Shown here piece by piece: positions 46,428 through 56,649 of a DNA stretch of 64,000 nt. The DNA comes from Acidimicrobiia bacterium (lineage in GTDB: Bacteria > Actinomycetota > Acidimicrobiia > Spongiisociales > ZC4RG35). Positions within the stretch are counted from its first letter, which is position 1. Each line of letters begins with the position of its first letter. A program made the translations under genes and the position numbers. Under the pieces are notes generated by a model, which worked only from the letters and a program-made list of their open reading frames with translations, did no database searches and was not told the origin of the DNA. Where the stretch lies: positions 1,696,001 through 1,760,000 of the forward strand of contig CBDBCY010000004.1 in the NCBI GenBank assembly GCA_965203555.1, given 5' to 3'.

Positions 46428-47586
46428 CCAGATCCACCAGGATGTCTTCGTCGTAGGTGAGCCTTTCCCCGCCGTCGGGGGTTACTCGCACGTTGTCGGA
46501 GAGACAGATCCCCCCTACCGCCAAACCCTCATCCGGATCGTCGAAGCTGATCTGGGGGTGAAGGTTGATCACCATGTCGGTCTGCATGATGCGATCCTTA
46601 CCCGGCACCCAGGGAGGCTCATGCGAGTCGAGTCCGATGCCGTGGGCGGTGTAGTTCACCGAGTCGAGCCCACCCTGACCCCACTTGCGGTGCACCCGGT
46701 CGCGGGCGGCCAGCACCTCTGTGGAAGAGTCGCCGGTTTTCATCGCATCTATGCAGGCATTCAGGGTCTCCACCCGGCTCTCCCAGAACCGCAGGATCTG
46801 ATCGGAGGGACGCCCGAAGCTGTAGGTTCTCCGCACTTCCACCCAATAGCCCGACGGGCCTCCCCACTCCAGGTCTATGCAGATAACATCGTCCCGGTCG
46901 ATCTCGGCGTCCATCCCGAAGGTGTAGGCCCGGTAGGGGGGACGGCTCATCTGGGCTATCCCGTCCAGGCACCCGTACTGACGGCACAGACGATGAGCCT
47001 CGGCCAGCACATCCCGCTCGATCGCCCCGGGACGGATGTGACCCTCCAGGCTGGTGAAGACCTGGGCAATGATCCGAGAGGTCTCCCGCAGGTTCTCCAT
47101 CTCTTCGGCGCTTTTGATCGAACGAATGTCATCGAAGAAATCGGTGGCGTCGATCAACGCGGCGGTCTGCCCGAAGGCGCTCTGGAACTGCATGTAGTGA
47201 GCAGCGGAGGTTATGTCGGCCAGTCCCACAATTCCGATGGTCCCGCTCGATATGCCGTGGTCCGACAGGATTCCGGCGATCTCGGTCGCCGGGGTCTGCG
47301 TGGCGCGAAAGTCCTGGATCCAGTTGACCAGGGCCACCCGCGAAAGGCCCCACAGCGGGTCGCCGATGAAAGTCGGTTCGCCTTTTTGGGGAAGCACCAC
47401 CATCCCCCAACCGGCCCATTGGAAGACGTCGCTCACATACTGCACGCGGCCCCGTACGAACTCGTCGCCGCGGCTGCAGATGATCAGTGCATCGATCCCC
47501 GACTCGGCCATGGCCTCGCGCAGCACGCGATGGCGTCGTTCCCGCTCGGCGGGGGAAGAAATGTGGGTCAGTTTGCCTTCAGCCAT
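46420..47586 (-). CDS. M24 (creatinase/prolidase-fold) enzyme, paralog A
   Basis: Creatinase-type N domain; IKSAEE, IDLEWGG, GYWVEVRRT, AHGIGLDSHE, NLHP; AAGGAG before ATG 47586. Confidence 0.85.
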   Translation of the reverse strand: MAEGKLTHISSPAERERRHRVLREAMAESGIDALIICSRGDEFVRGRVQYVSDVFQWAGWGMVVLPQKGEPTFIGDPLWGLSRVALVNWIQDFRATQTPATEIAGILSDHGISSGTIGIVGLADITSAAHYMQFQSAFGQTAALIDATDFFDDIRSIKSAEEMENLRETSRIIAQVFTSLEGHIRPGAIERDVLAEAHRLCRQYGCLDGIAQMSRPPYRAYTFGMDAEIDRDDVICIDLEWGGPSGYWVEVRRTYSFGRPSDQILRFWESRVETLNACIDAMKTGDSSTEVLAARDRVHRKWGQGGLDSVNYTAHGIGLDSHEPPWVPGKDRIMQTDMVINLHPQISFDDPDEGLAVGGICLSDNVRVTPDGGERLTYDEDILVDLDA

Positions 47587-47600
47587 AGTCTCAACTCCTT

Positions 47601-48329
47601 TTAGCTGCTCGGTGTAGGCACGGAGGCCGGCCTGTAAGGGGCGGATGGTTGGGGGTTTTCCAGTTCTTCGCATATCTCGTCAGTGGTCCGGGAGGCGATG
47701 AAACCGCCGTCGGTCATCCTGACCAGAGCGTTCTCATGAAGGTCCTTGGTGGAAGAGGTGCAGGCGTCGTTAACCAATGTCACGGTGTAGCCCTGATCGG
47801 CGGCGTCGCGGGCGGAAAGCTCCACGCAGCCCTCGGTGACAATGCCGGTGAGAACCAGGTTGGTGATGCCCATGCGGCGCAGGACATTGTCGATGGCGGT
47901 GGTGCTGAAGACGCTGGCGGAGGTCTTGGTGAAGATCATCTCGTCACCCTGGGATGCAACTTCGGGCAGGAGGTCGTCGTCGAAGGGCTCCCGGGCCACC
48001 GGCTCGAGATCGGCGGTCGGCATGAAGGCCTTCCCCGCGTCCCGTCCGTCGGAGGTCCGATACCCCACCCGCACGTGGATTACCTCCTCGCCCGCTGCTC
48101 GAAAGGCATCCTGGCACCTTCTCACGTTGGGCAGGATGCCGTTGATGTTGTCCCAGCGCTCCTGCATGAGTTCGGGCCGCCCGGCAGCGGCGGCGATTCT
48201 TCCTATCCAGCCATCGACGTGCGCATCCAGATACTGCAGGTCAATGGTCAACAGGGCGGTCTTCCCCGGCGCCACGGAGGGGAATGACCGGCGGGGGAAC
48301 AGATCGTAAAAGGGGTCGTGCAAGTTCAA
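47601..48329 (-). CDS. Isochorismatase-family cysteine hydrolase
   Basis: D-K-C triad in TIDLQY, FTKTSASVF, TEGCVELSARDA. Confidence 0.88.
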   Translation of the reverse strand: MNLHDPFYDLFPRRSFPSVAPGKTALLTIDLQYLDAHVDGWIGRIAAAAGRPELMQERWDNINGILPNVRRCQDAFRAAGEEVIHVRVGYRTSDGRDAGKAFMPTADLEPVAREPFDDDLLPEVASQGDEMIFTKTSASVFSTTAIDNVLRRMGITNLVLTGIVTEGCVELSARDAADQGYTVTLVNDACTSSTKDLHENALVRMTDGGFIASRTTDEICEELENPQPSAPYRPASVPTPSS

Positions 48330-48519
48330 TGTCTTCAGCCTTCCTCGGTACTGGCCGGTGCGTGCAAAGGAGGCCGGCCTGCGCCACAGAACCGCCTCCG
48401 GTTCGCACTAAGTATATTTAGCAGAGATTTGACCAACCGTGGCGCCACGGAACCGTCATAATCCAACACAAAATGCCGAGCCTGGGCGTCCGCGCAGGAG
48501 AAGGGAACTGGACAGCGAG

Positions 48520-49452
48520 ATGAGAGTACTGGTGACAGGAGCGGGGGGATTCTTCGGAAGAGCGCTGGTCCGGGCCTTCGCTCGGGGGGGAGATCAGGTG
48601 GCGGCGGCGGACATCCTTTCGCCCGAGGACTTTGCCCCCCGTTCAGGCGCCCCCCGCGGCAGCGTTGAATACGTGGTGCTGGATGTGGCGGACCCGGCGG
48701 CCTGGTCGACCGACGTCACGGGCCCGGTGGACGGGATCGTCCACGCCGCGGCGTTGACGCCCAGTATCCAGGAGGCGCGGGAGGACCCGTCCAAACTGGT
48801 GAAAGTCAACCTGATCGGAACCCTCAACGCCCTGGAGTTCGCCAGAAAAGAGAACGTGGGCAAGTTCCTGTTCATCTCCTCCGCCGGGGTCTACAACCAG
48901 TTCGAAGAAGAAGTGCTCACCGAGGAAGACGCCGACGGCGGTTTCTCTCTGTACGGCTCCGCCAAGCTGGCCGCCGAGATCATGCTGTATCGCTACGCCG
49001 ACATGTTCGGCTTCGACGCAGGGGCCATCCGTCCCACCTCCATGTACGGTCCGGCCGAGGAGTTCCGAAACACCCGCCCATTCGTCACCCAGGCCAAGCA
49101 ACTGGCCGATGCCGCCATGGACGGAGCGCCGGTACGGGTGATCGGCCTGGAGGACCGTTGCGACTGGGTGTTCGTGGACGATGTCGCCGAGGGCGCCCAA
49201 CGGTTCTTTTCCGGGGAGATGGGAAGTCGCTCTTTCGCCTTCTCGTCAGGAAACCCCATCCCGTTCCAGGATGTATTGGACGCAGCCGTGGCGTCGTTCG
49301 GCGTGGTGGTGGATCCCGACGCCGAAATGCTCATAGACGCCACACCGGACCGGGCCACCACCATCTCCTGCGACAAGGCCAGAACCGAACTCGGCTGGAA
49401 CCCGGTCGGTATAGCGGAAGGCATGCAGCGCTACGCCGATCTGGGCGGCTGA
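48520..49452 (+). CDS. NAD-dependent epimerase/dehydratase (extended SDR)
   Basis: VTGAGGFFG, HAAA, SSAGVY, YGSAK. Confidence 0.88.
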   Translation: MRVLVTGAGGFFGRALVRAFARGGDQVAAADILSPEDFAPRSGAPRGSVEYVVLDVADPAAWSTDVTGPVDGIVHAAALTPSIQEAREDPSKLVKVNLIGTLNALEFARKENVGKFLFISSAGVYNQFEEEVLTEEDADGGFSLYGSAKLAAEIMLYRYADMFGFDAGAIRPTSMYGPAEEFRNTRPFVTQAKQLADAAMDGAPVRVIGLEDRCDWVFVDDVAEGAQRFFSGEMGSRSFAFSSGNPIPFQDVLDAAVASFGVVVDPDAEMLIDATPDRATTISCDKARTELGWNPVGIAEGMQRYADLGG

Positions 49453-49518
49453 GTTTCAGCGCAGACTTTCAACCCGACCTGACAGAACCAACCCCGAAGC
49501 CTCAGATATGGAGTCCCA

Positions 49519-50715
49519 ATGAGCCAAAGCACACTGAGATCAGCGCTAGCCGAGCGCACCCTGCGCATTCGCGGCGGCCACGAGTCACCCTATTTCCAGA
49601 TAATGCGGAAGGTCCAGGACCGTGACGACATAATCCGCCTGGTGAGAGGAGAGCCGGATATACCGACTCCCTCCCACATCGTAGAAGCCGCCAAGCGCTG
49701 CCTGGACACCGGTCACATCGGCTACACCCCTCCGGGAGGCATGATCGAGTTGCGGGAAGCCATTGCCCGCAAGTTCAAGAAGGACAACAACCTTGAATAC
49801 GACGCCGAGTCGGAGATTCTCGTTACCGCCGGGGCCCAGGAGTCGATGGCGGTCAGCCTCCAGACATTGCTGGATCCCGGTGACGAAGTCCTGCTGGCGA
49901 CTCCCCACTACATGGCCTATCCGGCCAATATCACCATGGCGGGGGGACACATCGTATACGTCCCCACGGTCGAGGAAGAAGACTTCGAACTGAAGCCCGA
50001 AGCCATCGAGGCGGCGATCACCGACAGGACCAAGCTGTTGGTGCTGGTCACCCCCAACAATCCCACCGCCGGGGTAATAACCGAGGAGACCCTGCATGCT
50101 ATCGCTGAGGTAGTTCGGGCGCATCCCGGTCTGGTGGTGATCTCCGACGAGTTGTACGAGAAGGTGGTCTACGACGGCTTCGAGCACATCAGCTTCGCCA
50201 CCCTGCCGGACATGTGGGACCGCACCATCACCATCAACGGGTTCTCCAAGGCCTACAGCATGACGGGATTCCGGGTGGGCTACATGGCCGGTCCGGCCGA
50301 CTACATCCTGGCCGCCACCGAGCCAAGACACTCGCTGAGCATCTCCACTTCGCTTCCTTCCCAGCACGGCGCACTGGCCGCCTTGGAAGGACCGCAGGAC
50401 TTCCTGGATGAGATGATGGAGGAGTATCACCATCGCCGGCAAGTTATGAGGGAGACCTTCGACAAGCTGGGCGTCACCTACGGAGAGCCCAAGGGCGGGT
50501 TCTACTTTTTCGCCAACGTATCAGGCTCGGGGATGGATGCCGTCTCCTTTGCCGACAAGGCGGTTGATTACGGCATTCTCTTCTCGCCCGGCAACATCTT
50601 CGCCGAGGGCGCGGTCAAGTACATTCGCATCTCGTACCTGGCGCCGAGGGACCAGCTGCACGAAGCCATGGATCGCTTCACGCGCCTGTGGAACGACTGC
50701 CGGAGCGGCAAGTGA
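49519..50715 (+). CDS. Class I/II PLP aminotransferase
   Basis: GEPD, PNNPTA, SDELY, NGFSKAYSMTGFRVG. Confidence 0.92.
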   Translation: MSQSTLRSALAERTLRIRGGHESPYFQIMRKVQDRDDIIRLVRGEPDIPTPSHIVEAAKRCLDTGHIGYTPPGGMIELREAIARKFKKDNNLEYDAESEILVTAGAQESMAVSLQTLLDPGDEVLLATPHYMAYPANITMAGGHIVYVPTVEEEDFELKPEAIEAAITDRTKLLVLVTPNNPTAGVITEETLHAIAEVVRAHPGLVVISDELYEKVVYDGFEHISFATLPDMWDRTITINGFSKAYSMTGFRVGYMAGPADYILAATEPRHSLSISTSLPSQHGALAALEGPQDFLDEMMEEYHHRRQVMRETFDKLGVTYGEPKGGFYFFANVSGSGMDAVSFADKAVDYGILFSPGNIFAEGAVKYIRISYLAPRDQLHEAMDRFTRLWNDCRSGK

Positions 50716-51689
50716 GCAGTCCCACCGTAGCCCTGGTAGAAGAGTTCACGCCCGCCCAGATTGCCACCCTGCTGAAAGCCCTCCCCGATGGCGCCACGCT
50801 GCTAACAGACGCCCTCGGTTCGGGATTGATAGGCCGGGCCGATTACCTGGTGCTCCGTGAGCAAACCTTGGATGACAACCAGTTGAGTGCCCTCTCCTCG
50901 CTGCGGGGAGTGGTCACCATCGACTCGGGAGGCGCCACCGTCTCATCGGAGATCTGCGACTCCCTGGGAGCGTGGACCGAAGGCGTCGTGTCTCCCGGGC
51001 CGACCAGTGTGGCGGAACACACCGTGATGATGATCCTGGCGCTCTTCAAGCGCTTGCCGACCGCCAACCAACGCTTGATGGACGGGGTGATAGTGGAAGG
51101 CATGGCGCCGTTCGTCACCGACCAGTTGAACTATTCCTACAACTGGGTGGGCCTGGAGCTATTCGAGGCGGTGTTGGGCAAGACAGTGGGGCTGGTCGGG
51201 GTCGGCCAGATCGGACTGGTGGCGGCCAGGCTGCTGGTGGCGTTCGGAGTGGATGTGGTCTATTACAAGCGCAACCGCTTCACCCCCGAGGAGGAACAGG
51301 AGTTGGGCATCCGCTACCTTCCCTTCAACGAACTCCTGGCAGAGTCCCACTGCGTATCGCTCCACAACAAGTTCACACCGGAGACCGAGAAGATGATGGG
51401 CGCCCGCGAGTTCGCCATGATGCCCAGGGGTTCGTTTTTCGTCAACACCGCCCGCGGGCGGTTGGTGGATGAGGATGCCCTGATGGCTGCCCTGCACAGC
51501 GGGCATCTGGCCGGCGCCGCCCTGGATGTCTTCTGGTGGGAGCCCATCCTCCCGGACAGTCCTCTCCGGAATACTCCCAACCTGTTGATGACGCCCCATA
51601 CCGCCGGGACTCCGGCAGGCGATAACGTGGCCCTGGAACTGGGCTCCGCCGGAAGGGTGATCCGCCGGCGGCACGGCTTGGCGAGATGA
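50712..51689 (+). CDS. D-isomer-specific 2-hydroxyacid dehydrogenase
   Basis: SVAEH, GVGQIG, VNTARG, LDVFWWEP, TPHTAG. Confidence 0.88.
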   Translation: MSSPTVALVEEFTPAQIATLLKALPDGATLLTDALGSGLIGRADYLVLREQTLDDNQLSALSSLRGVVTIDSGGATVSSEICDSLGAWTEGVVSPGPTSVAEHTVMMILALFKRLPTANQRLMDGVIVEGMAPFVTDQLNYSYNWVGLELFEAVLGKTVGLVGVGQIGLVAARLLVAFGVDVVYYKRNRFTPEEEQELGIRYLPFNELLAESHCVSLHNKFTPETEKMMGAREFAMMPRGSFFVNTARGRLVDEDALMAALHSGHLAGAALDVFWWEPILPDSPLRNTPNLLMTPHTAGTPAGDNVALELGSAGRVIRRRHGLAR

Positions 51690-53068
51690 GCGAACAGACC
51701 TTTGTCGGCATGCAGGTGGGAGGGATCAGCTTCATCGACGAGGGCATCGAGGAAACCCTCGACATCTTCGCGGAACTGGCCGGCGTCAACGCCATCTTCA
51801 TCTCGGCCCTCTCGTGGGCGCGGGGCAACGCCGGACGCTCCGGCAGCGGCGACTATCCCGACCACGGAGGACAGGAACCTGACAACCTGCAGGGCGGCGC
51901 CTTCTTCCCACCCGACCCCAAGTACTACCACGGCACCTCCATCAAGGACTTCACCGCTCCCGACCCCCTGTACGAAGGCTGGGACATCCTGGGAGATGTG
52001 ATCCCCGCGGCCCGTGCCCGGGGCATGGAGGTCTTCCCCTACTACTGCGAGACCGCCCACGTCAACCCCAAGCCGCTCTGGCAGCCGGGATTCGCCCAGG
52101 TGCTGGAGATCGACCCGTGGGGCCGCAAGGCCAGCCGCCCATGCCTGTACAACCCCGACTACCGCAACTGGTGGTTCGGGGTGATCGACAACTGGCTGAA
52201 CGAGTACGACCTGAACGGCATGCTGTGGGGAATAGAGCGCGAGGACCCACTGTCGTCGATGATTGTCAGCGACGAGGTCCCCACCTGCTTTTGCGTCCAC
52301 TGTCGATCGGAGGCCCACCGTCGCAATATCGACGCCGGGCGGGCCGCCGAGGGCTACCGGAGAATCAGCGATTACCTGAAAGCAGTTCGGGGTGGCTACG
52401 AGCCCCGTGACGGCAAGCTGATCACATTCCTCCGACATCTCTTCGACTACCCCGAGGTGTCGCAGTGGCAGAAGCTGTGGTGGGACGGACACAAGGACCT
52501 GTACCGGGAGATCTCCGGGCTGATCCGCTTCTTCGGCGACGACTACCAGGTGGGTTTCGGTATCTGGCAGATGATCAACACTTTTAACCCCCTGCTGCGA
52601 GCCGCCCACGACCCGGCCGAGTACAAGCTGTACGCCGACTGGCTGAAGCCGGTGTTCTACAACGCCCCGGGAGGCGCTCGGTTCGCCAAGTTCGTCACCA
52701 ACCTGTGCCAGACCATCCTGGGAGACGCCAGTCCTGCCGAATGGACCCCGATTCTCTACAAGATTCTCGGCTTGGACGAGGCGCCGTTCGAGGACCTGCC
52801 ACCCGCCGGCTTCAGCCCGCAATACGTGGCTGACTTCACCCGTCGTTACGTCGAGGCATGCGGCCCCGAGGTGGCTGTCTACCCCGGCATCGGACTGGGA
52901 GTGGAAACGGTGGCCCGCGACATCTCTCCGGCCGACTGCGAAGCGATGGTGGAAGCCTCCTTCGAAGGCGGGGCCGAGGGCGTGATGATCTCCCGCAACT
53001 ACTCGGAATTGACTCTTCCCAACCTGGCCGCGGTGGGCAATGCCCTACGCCGCCTCGGAAAACTCTGA
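51686..53068 (+). CDS. Uncharacterised cytoplasmic protein, possibly a glycoside-hydrolase-like TIM barrel
   Basis: 460 aa, ATGA-coupled, no signal peptide; PCLYNPDYR, WGIER, CFCVHC. Fold assignment is inference. Confidence 0.65.
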   Translation: MSEQTFVGMQVGGISFIDEGIEETLDIFAELAGVNAIFISALSWARGNAGRSGSGDYPDHGGQEPDNLQGGAFFPPDPKYYHGTSIKDFTAPDPLYEGWDILGDVIPAARARGMEVFPYYCETAHVNPKPLWQPGFAQVLEIDPWGRKASRPCLYNPDYRNWWFGVIDNWLNEYDLNGMLWGIEREDPLSSMIVSDEVPTCFCVHCRSEAHRRNIDAGRAAEGYRRISDYLKAVRGGYEPRDGKLITFLRHLFDYPEVSQWQKLWWDGHKDLYREISGLIRFFGDDYQVGFGIWQMINTFNPLLRAAHDPAEYKLYADWLKPVFYNAPGGARFAKFVTNLCQTILGDASPAEWTPILYKILGLDEAPFEDLPPAGFSPQYVADFTRRYVEACGPEVAVYPGIGLGVETVARDISPADCEAMVEASFEGGAEGVMISRNYSELTLPNLAAVGNALRRLGKL

Positions 53069-53099
53069 TCCTCTTCTCAACAAGAAAGGAAACCTAACC

Positions 53100-54344
53100 G
53101 TGCGCACAATTCTCAAAGGCGGAGTCGTCGTTAACCTGGACGGCGGACCCTCGGAGCAACAGGACCTGGTCATCGAAGGCGAGCAGATCACCTCGGTGGG
53201 TGCCGCCGAAGCCCGGACGGGAGACAATGTCGTAGATGTTTCCGGCATGCACCTGTTGCCCGGTATGGCGAACTGTCACGTTCACCTGGGGTGGGACGGC
53301 ACCCACGACCTGGAGGACCAGGCCAATGAATCGCCGGCCGTCAATGCCATGAAGGCGGTGATGAACATTCACCGGACCCTGTCGGCCGGGGTTACCACCA
53401 TCCGCGACCTGGGCATGAACAACGCCAACATCGACGCCAAAATCGCTATCGACAACGGCTGGGCACCCTGGATCCGCCTGTTCCCCAACGGGCGGGCCAT
53501 CTGCACCACCGGCGGGCACACCTGGTGGTGCTGCCGCGAAGCGGACGGCATCTATGGAGTGCGGAAGGCGATCCGGGAGCAGTTCAAGGCCGGCGCCGAG
53601 TGGATCAAGATCATGGGATCTCACGAGGAAGTGCAGTTCACCATGGACGAACTGCGGGCCATGTGCGAGGAAGCCCACCAGAACGGGATGAAGGTAACCG
53701 CTCATGCCACTTTCGACGAGGCCATTTCGCGGGTGGTCGACGCCGGAGTGGACTGCGTGGAGCACGGCGGGTCGATGACTCCCGCCACCATCGAGAAGAT
53801 AGTTGACAAGGGCATTCCCATCGTAACGACCTTCTCGCCGCTGGTGCAGCAGGTCAAATTCGGGTTGGACTTCGGGATGACCGTCTCCGACGTCGAGCGG
53901 CGCAAGGACCAGATGGCCGACAAGAGCCGGTTCGCCGGCAACGTGGCCGCCGCCCGGGCGGGCATTCCCATCGTGTTCGGCACCGACGCCGGAAGCCCGG
54001 TCGTTCCCCACTACGCCATTGCGGAGGAACTCAAGTTCATGGTGGAGATCGGAGTCTGCCCCGACAACCTGGACGCGCTCCACTCCATCTGCCGCCGGGG
54101 TATCAAGCTTTTGGGCCTGGAGGACCAATTGGGGAGCCTCGAGGTCGGCAAGACCGCCGACGTGGTGGCCCTGGGAGGCGACCCGCTGGCTTCGCTCGAC
54201 CACATGAAGGACGTGAAGCGGGTGTTCGTGAGAGGCCATATGGCGTTTTCCTCCGAAGGCGGCTACACGCAGACCGGTCGCGACCTGGAAGGCATCGGCA
54301 CCCGCTGGGGTCCGGGCCCCGAAATCGGGTACCGGCGGGCATAG
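53100..54344 (+). CDS. Metal-dependent amidohydrolase (prolidase-like subgroup)
   Basis: PGMANCHVH, GVTTIRDLG, TGGH, WIKIM, AHA, EHG, FGTDAG; AAAGGA before GTG 53100. Confidence 0.88.
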   Translation: MRTILKGGVVVNLDGGPSEQQDLVIEGEQITSVGAAEARTGDNVVDVSGMHLLPGMANCHVHLGWDGTHDLEDQANESPAVNAMKAVMNIHRTLSAGVTTIRDLGMNNANIDAKIAIDNGWAPWIRLFPNGRAICTTGGHTWWCCREADGIYGVRKAIREQFKAGAEWIKIMGSHEEVQFTMDELRAMCEEAHQNGMKVTAHATFDEAISRVVDAGVDCVEHGGSMTPATIEKIVDKGIPIVTTFSPLVQQVKFGLDFGMTVSDVERRKDQMADKSRFAGNVAAARAGIPIVFGTDAGSPVVPHYAIAEELKFMVEIGVCPDNLDALHSICRRGIKLLGLEDQLGSLEVGKTADVVALGGDPLASLDHMKDVKRVFVRGHMAFSSEGGYTQTGRDLEGIGTRWGPGPEIGYRRA

Positions 54345-54384
54345 GGAACCGTTCGGATAGAAGAGACGATCCCGAGAGCAGTAC

Positions 54385-55800
54385 ATGCTTGATCTGAGAA
54401 TCGTCGGAGCAACGGTGGTGAGCGACGGTCGCTCCCACCCGGCGGATGTCGGGGTGGAGGGAGAGCTCATCACCGAGGTCTCCCCACCCGGAGGCCTGGG
54501 TCCGGCGCGCCGCGAGATCGACGCTTCGGGGTTGCTGGTCATCCCCGGCGCGGTGGACGCCCACTTCCACTGCCGGGCGCCCAGCCACCCCGAGCGCGCC
54601 ACCTTCGCCTCGGAATCGCGCGCCGCGGCTTCGTCGGGAATCACCACCCTGTTCGAGATGCCCATCTCCAATCCGCCCTGCAGCACCCCCGAGGCGTTTG
54701 CCTACCGCAGGGAGTTGGCAGAGGCCGAGAGCCTGGTGGACTTCGCTCTCTACTCGGGCGCGGGCATCACCGATCCGGCTCGGGCGGAGGCGATGGCCGA
54801 ATCAGGGGCGATCGGATTCAAATTGTTCACTCACAATCCCCCGCCCGAACGGGTAAACGAGTTCGAGGGCCTGTGTGCGTCGGCGCCGGGGCACATCTAT
54901 GACTGCCTGCGAACGGTGAGCGCCACCGGCCTGCGGTGCGCGGTCCACTCCGAAAGCCAGCAGATGATGGACCGCTTCCGCGGCGACCTCGATCGCTTCG
55001 GAAATCCGTCCCGACCTCCCCTGGTGGAGGCGGCGGCGGTAGCCCTGGTGGCCACCATTGCCCGGGACCTCGGCATGCCCGCTCATATCGTCCATATCAC
55101 CTCCCGGCTGGCCACCGAAGAGGTGGAGGCGGCTCAATCCCTGGGAGTGGACCTGTCCGGCGAGTCCTGCCCGCACTACCTGCTGTTCGACGAGTCCTAC
55201 ATCTCCCGGTTCGGTAACTTCGTGAAGGTGGGGCCGCCGCTGAGACCGGTCGAGGATGTCGCCTACCTCTGGAAAGCGCTGTCCCAGGGGGCCTTGACGG
55301 TGGTGGCGTCCGACCACGCCCCGTTCACGCCCGAAGAGAAGGCGGCCGCCGACTTCGCCAGTTCCGGACAGGGTATCCCCTCCCTGGAGATGCTGGTCCC
55401 CACCATGGTCTCCGCTGGATTGACCGGACGCTTCCCCCTGGCAAGAGCAGTGGAGGTTATAACCGCCAACCCGGCCAAGCTGTTCGGCATCTACCCCCGG
55501 AAGGGAACGATCTCACCGGGGTCGGATGCCGACATCGTGCTGGTGGATCCCGACGGTGGATTGACCGTCGACTCGGCACGCTTTTTGAGCAGGTCGGGGG
55601 GAAGCGGCAAGGCATACAACGGCATGGAACTGGCCGGCCGGGTGCTGACCACCCTTTCTCGAGGCCGGACCGTGTTCACGGACGGCAAGGTTGTAGGAGA
55701 CTCGGGAGGAAGGTTGGTTTCCCCGGACAGTCCTCCGCTTCACGTCATCCATACCCAGCGGGCGGGCGGCCAAGACCCTGTATCCCTCCCGGTGGGCTGA
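54385..55800 (+). CDS. Cyclic amidohydrolase (allantoinase/dihydroorotase/hydantoinase family)
   Basis: PGAVDAHFH, GFKLF, VHSE, HIVHIT, ESCPHYL, PPLR, ASDHAP. Confidence 0.88.
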   Translation: MLDLRIVGATVVSDGRSHPADVGVEGELITEVSPPGGLGPARREIDASGLLVIPGAVDAHFHCRAPSHPERATFASESRAAASSGITTLFEMPISNPPCSTPEAFAYRRELAEAESLVDFALYSGAGITDPARAEAMAESGAIGFKLFTHNPPPERVNEFEGLCASAPGHIYDCLRTVSATGLRCAVHSESQQMMDRFRGDLDRFGNPSRPPLVEAAAVALVATIARDLGMPAHIVHITSRLATEEVEAAQSLGVDLSGESCPHYLLFDESYISRFGNFVKVGPPLRPVEDVAYLWKALSQGALTVVASDHAPFTPEEKAAADFASSGQGIPSLEMLVPTMVSAGLTGRFPLARAVEVITANPAKLFGIYPRKGTISPGSDADIVLVDPDGGLTVDSARFLSRSGGSGKAYNGMELAGRVLTTLSRGRTVFTDGKVVGDSGGRLVSPDSPPLHVIHTQRAGGQDPVSLPVG

Positions 55801-55816
55801 CATCCGGTAACCCGTC

Positions 55817-56125
55817 TCATCTGATCAAAAGGAGGATGAGAAAAGCCAGTAGGGCGCCACCTGACAGGCCAAGGGCAACTCCCTCAAGCAGACTGCACCT
55901 AAATTCGGCCGATTCGGCGCGTATTCTCCGAATCTCTTCGCGAATCCGATCCTGCAAATCGCGGTCCAGGCCTTTTATCTCAAGACGCACGCCATCGATC
56001 TCGCGTCTTACTTCGCCAATCCTCCTATCCATGGCAAGGCGCTCACCGACACACCGGCACTCTGGATCGGTAGTGACCCGTCTCCAGTCCTGATCATGGG
56101 CCTTTCCGACGGCTTGACGACTCAC
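55817..56125 (-). CDS. Small coiled-coil protein with C-terminal TM anchor
   Basis: Charged helical core, hydrophobic C-terminus, GTGA overlap with the upstream gene. Confidence 0.55.
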   Translation of the reverse strand: MSRQAVGKAHDQDWRRVTTDPECRCVGERLAMDRRIGEVRREIDGVRLEIKGLDRDLQDRIREEIRRIRAESAEFRCSLLEGVALGLSGGALLAFLILLLIR

Positions 56126-56649
56126 CGTAGCAACGCTATCAAAGTCATCAGTACGGTGATGAACGAGATTCCCAGGGCCATCCAGTTGCCCAGGCTCTTC
56201 TTCATGCCCGCCATCTCAGCTCTCAGGCCTCCATCCACCTCAACAATCCGATCCACCAACTCTGCCCTCATACCCGCCATCTCAACTCTCAGACCTCCAT
56301 CCACCTCAACAATCCGATCCACCAACTCTGCCCTCATACCCGCCATCTCAACTCTCAGACCTCCATCCACCTCAACAATCCGATCCACCAACTCCTCCTT
56401 CACACCCGCCATCTCAACTCTCAGACCTCCATCCACCTCAACAATCCGATCCACCAACTCCTCCTTCACACCCGCCGTGTCAGATCGCATTCTCTGGACC
56501 TCAAACCGTATCTCGACAATCTGGTCTATCAGGTTTTCAATCCCTAGCTGATCTTTGATAGACCTCGTTGGATCTGCTTCAAGTGCTTCCGACTTGGCCT
56601 CTGGACCGCCAACGGCAATCCCCGGCCCGCTAAGTTCTATTTCAGCCAT
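56122..56649 (-). CDS. Repeat coiled-coil protein with C-terminal TM anchor (CCDC90/DUF1640-like architecture)
   Basis: GAAGGAGG before ATG 56649; four 22-aa repeats AG(VK/MR)(E/A)ELVDRIVEVDGGLRVEM; hydrophobic tail. Confidence 0.75.
   Translation of the reverse strand: MAEIELSGPGIAVGGPEAKSEALEADPTRSIKDQLGIENLIDQIVEIRFEVQRMRSDTAGVKEELVDRIVEVDGGLRVEMAGVKEELVDRIVEVDGGLRVEMAGMRAELVDRIVEVDGGLRVEMAGMRAELVDRIVEVDGGLRAEMAGMKKSLGNWMALGISFITVLMTLIALLR
56207..56476. repeat. 66-bp tandem repeat, 4 copies plus a partial copy
   Basis: Units begin CCCGCC at 56207, 56273, 56339, 56405 and 56471. Confidence 0.95.

Noticed and set aside
56207-56476. 66-bp repeats as a CRISPR array
   Set aside because: No unique spacers, unit length is a multiple of 3 within an ORF, and no cas genes are nearby.
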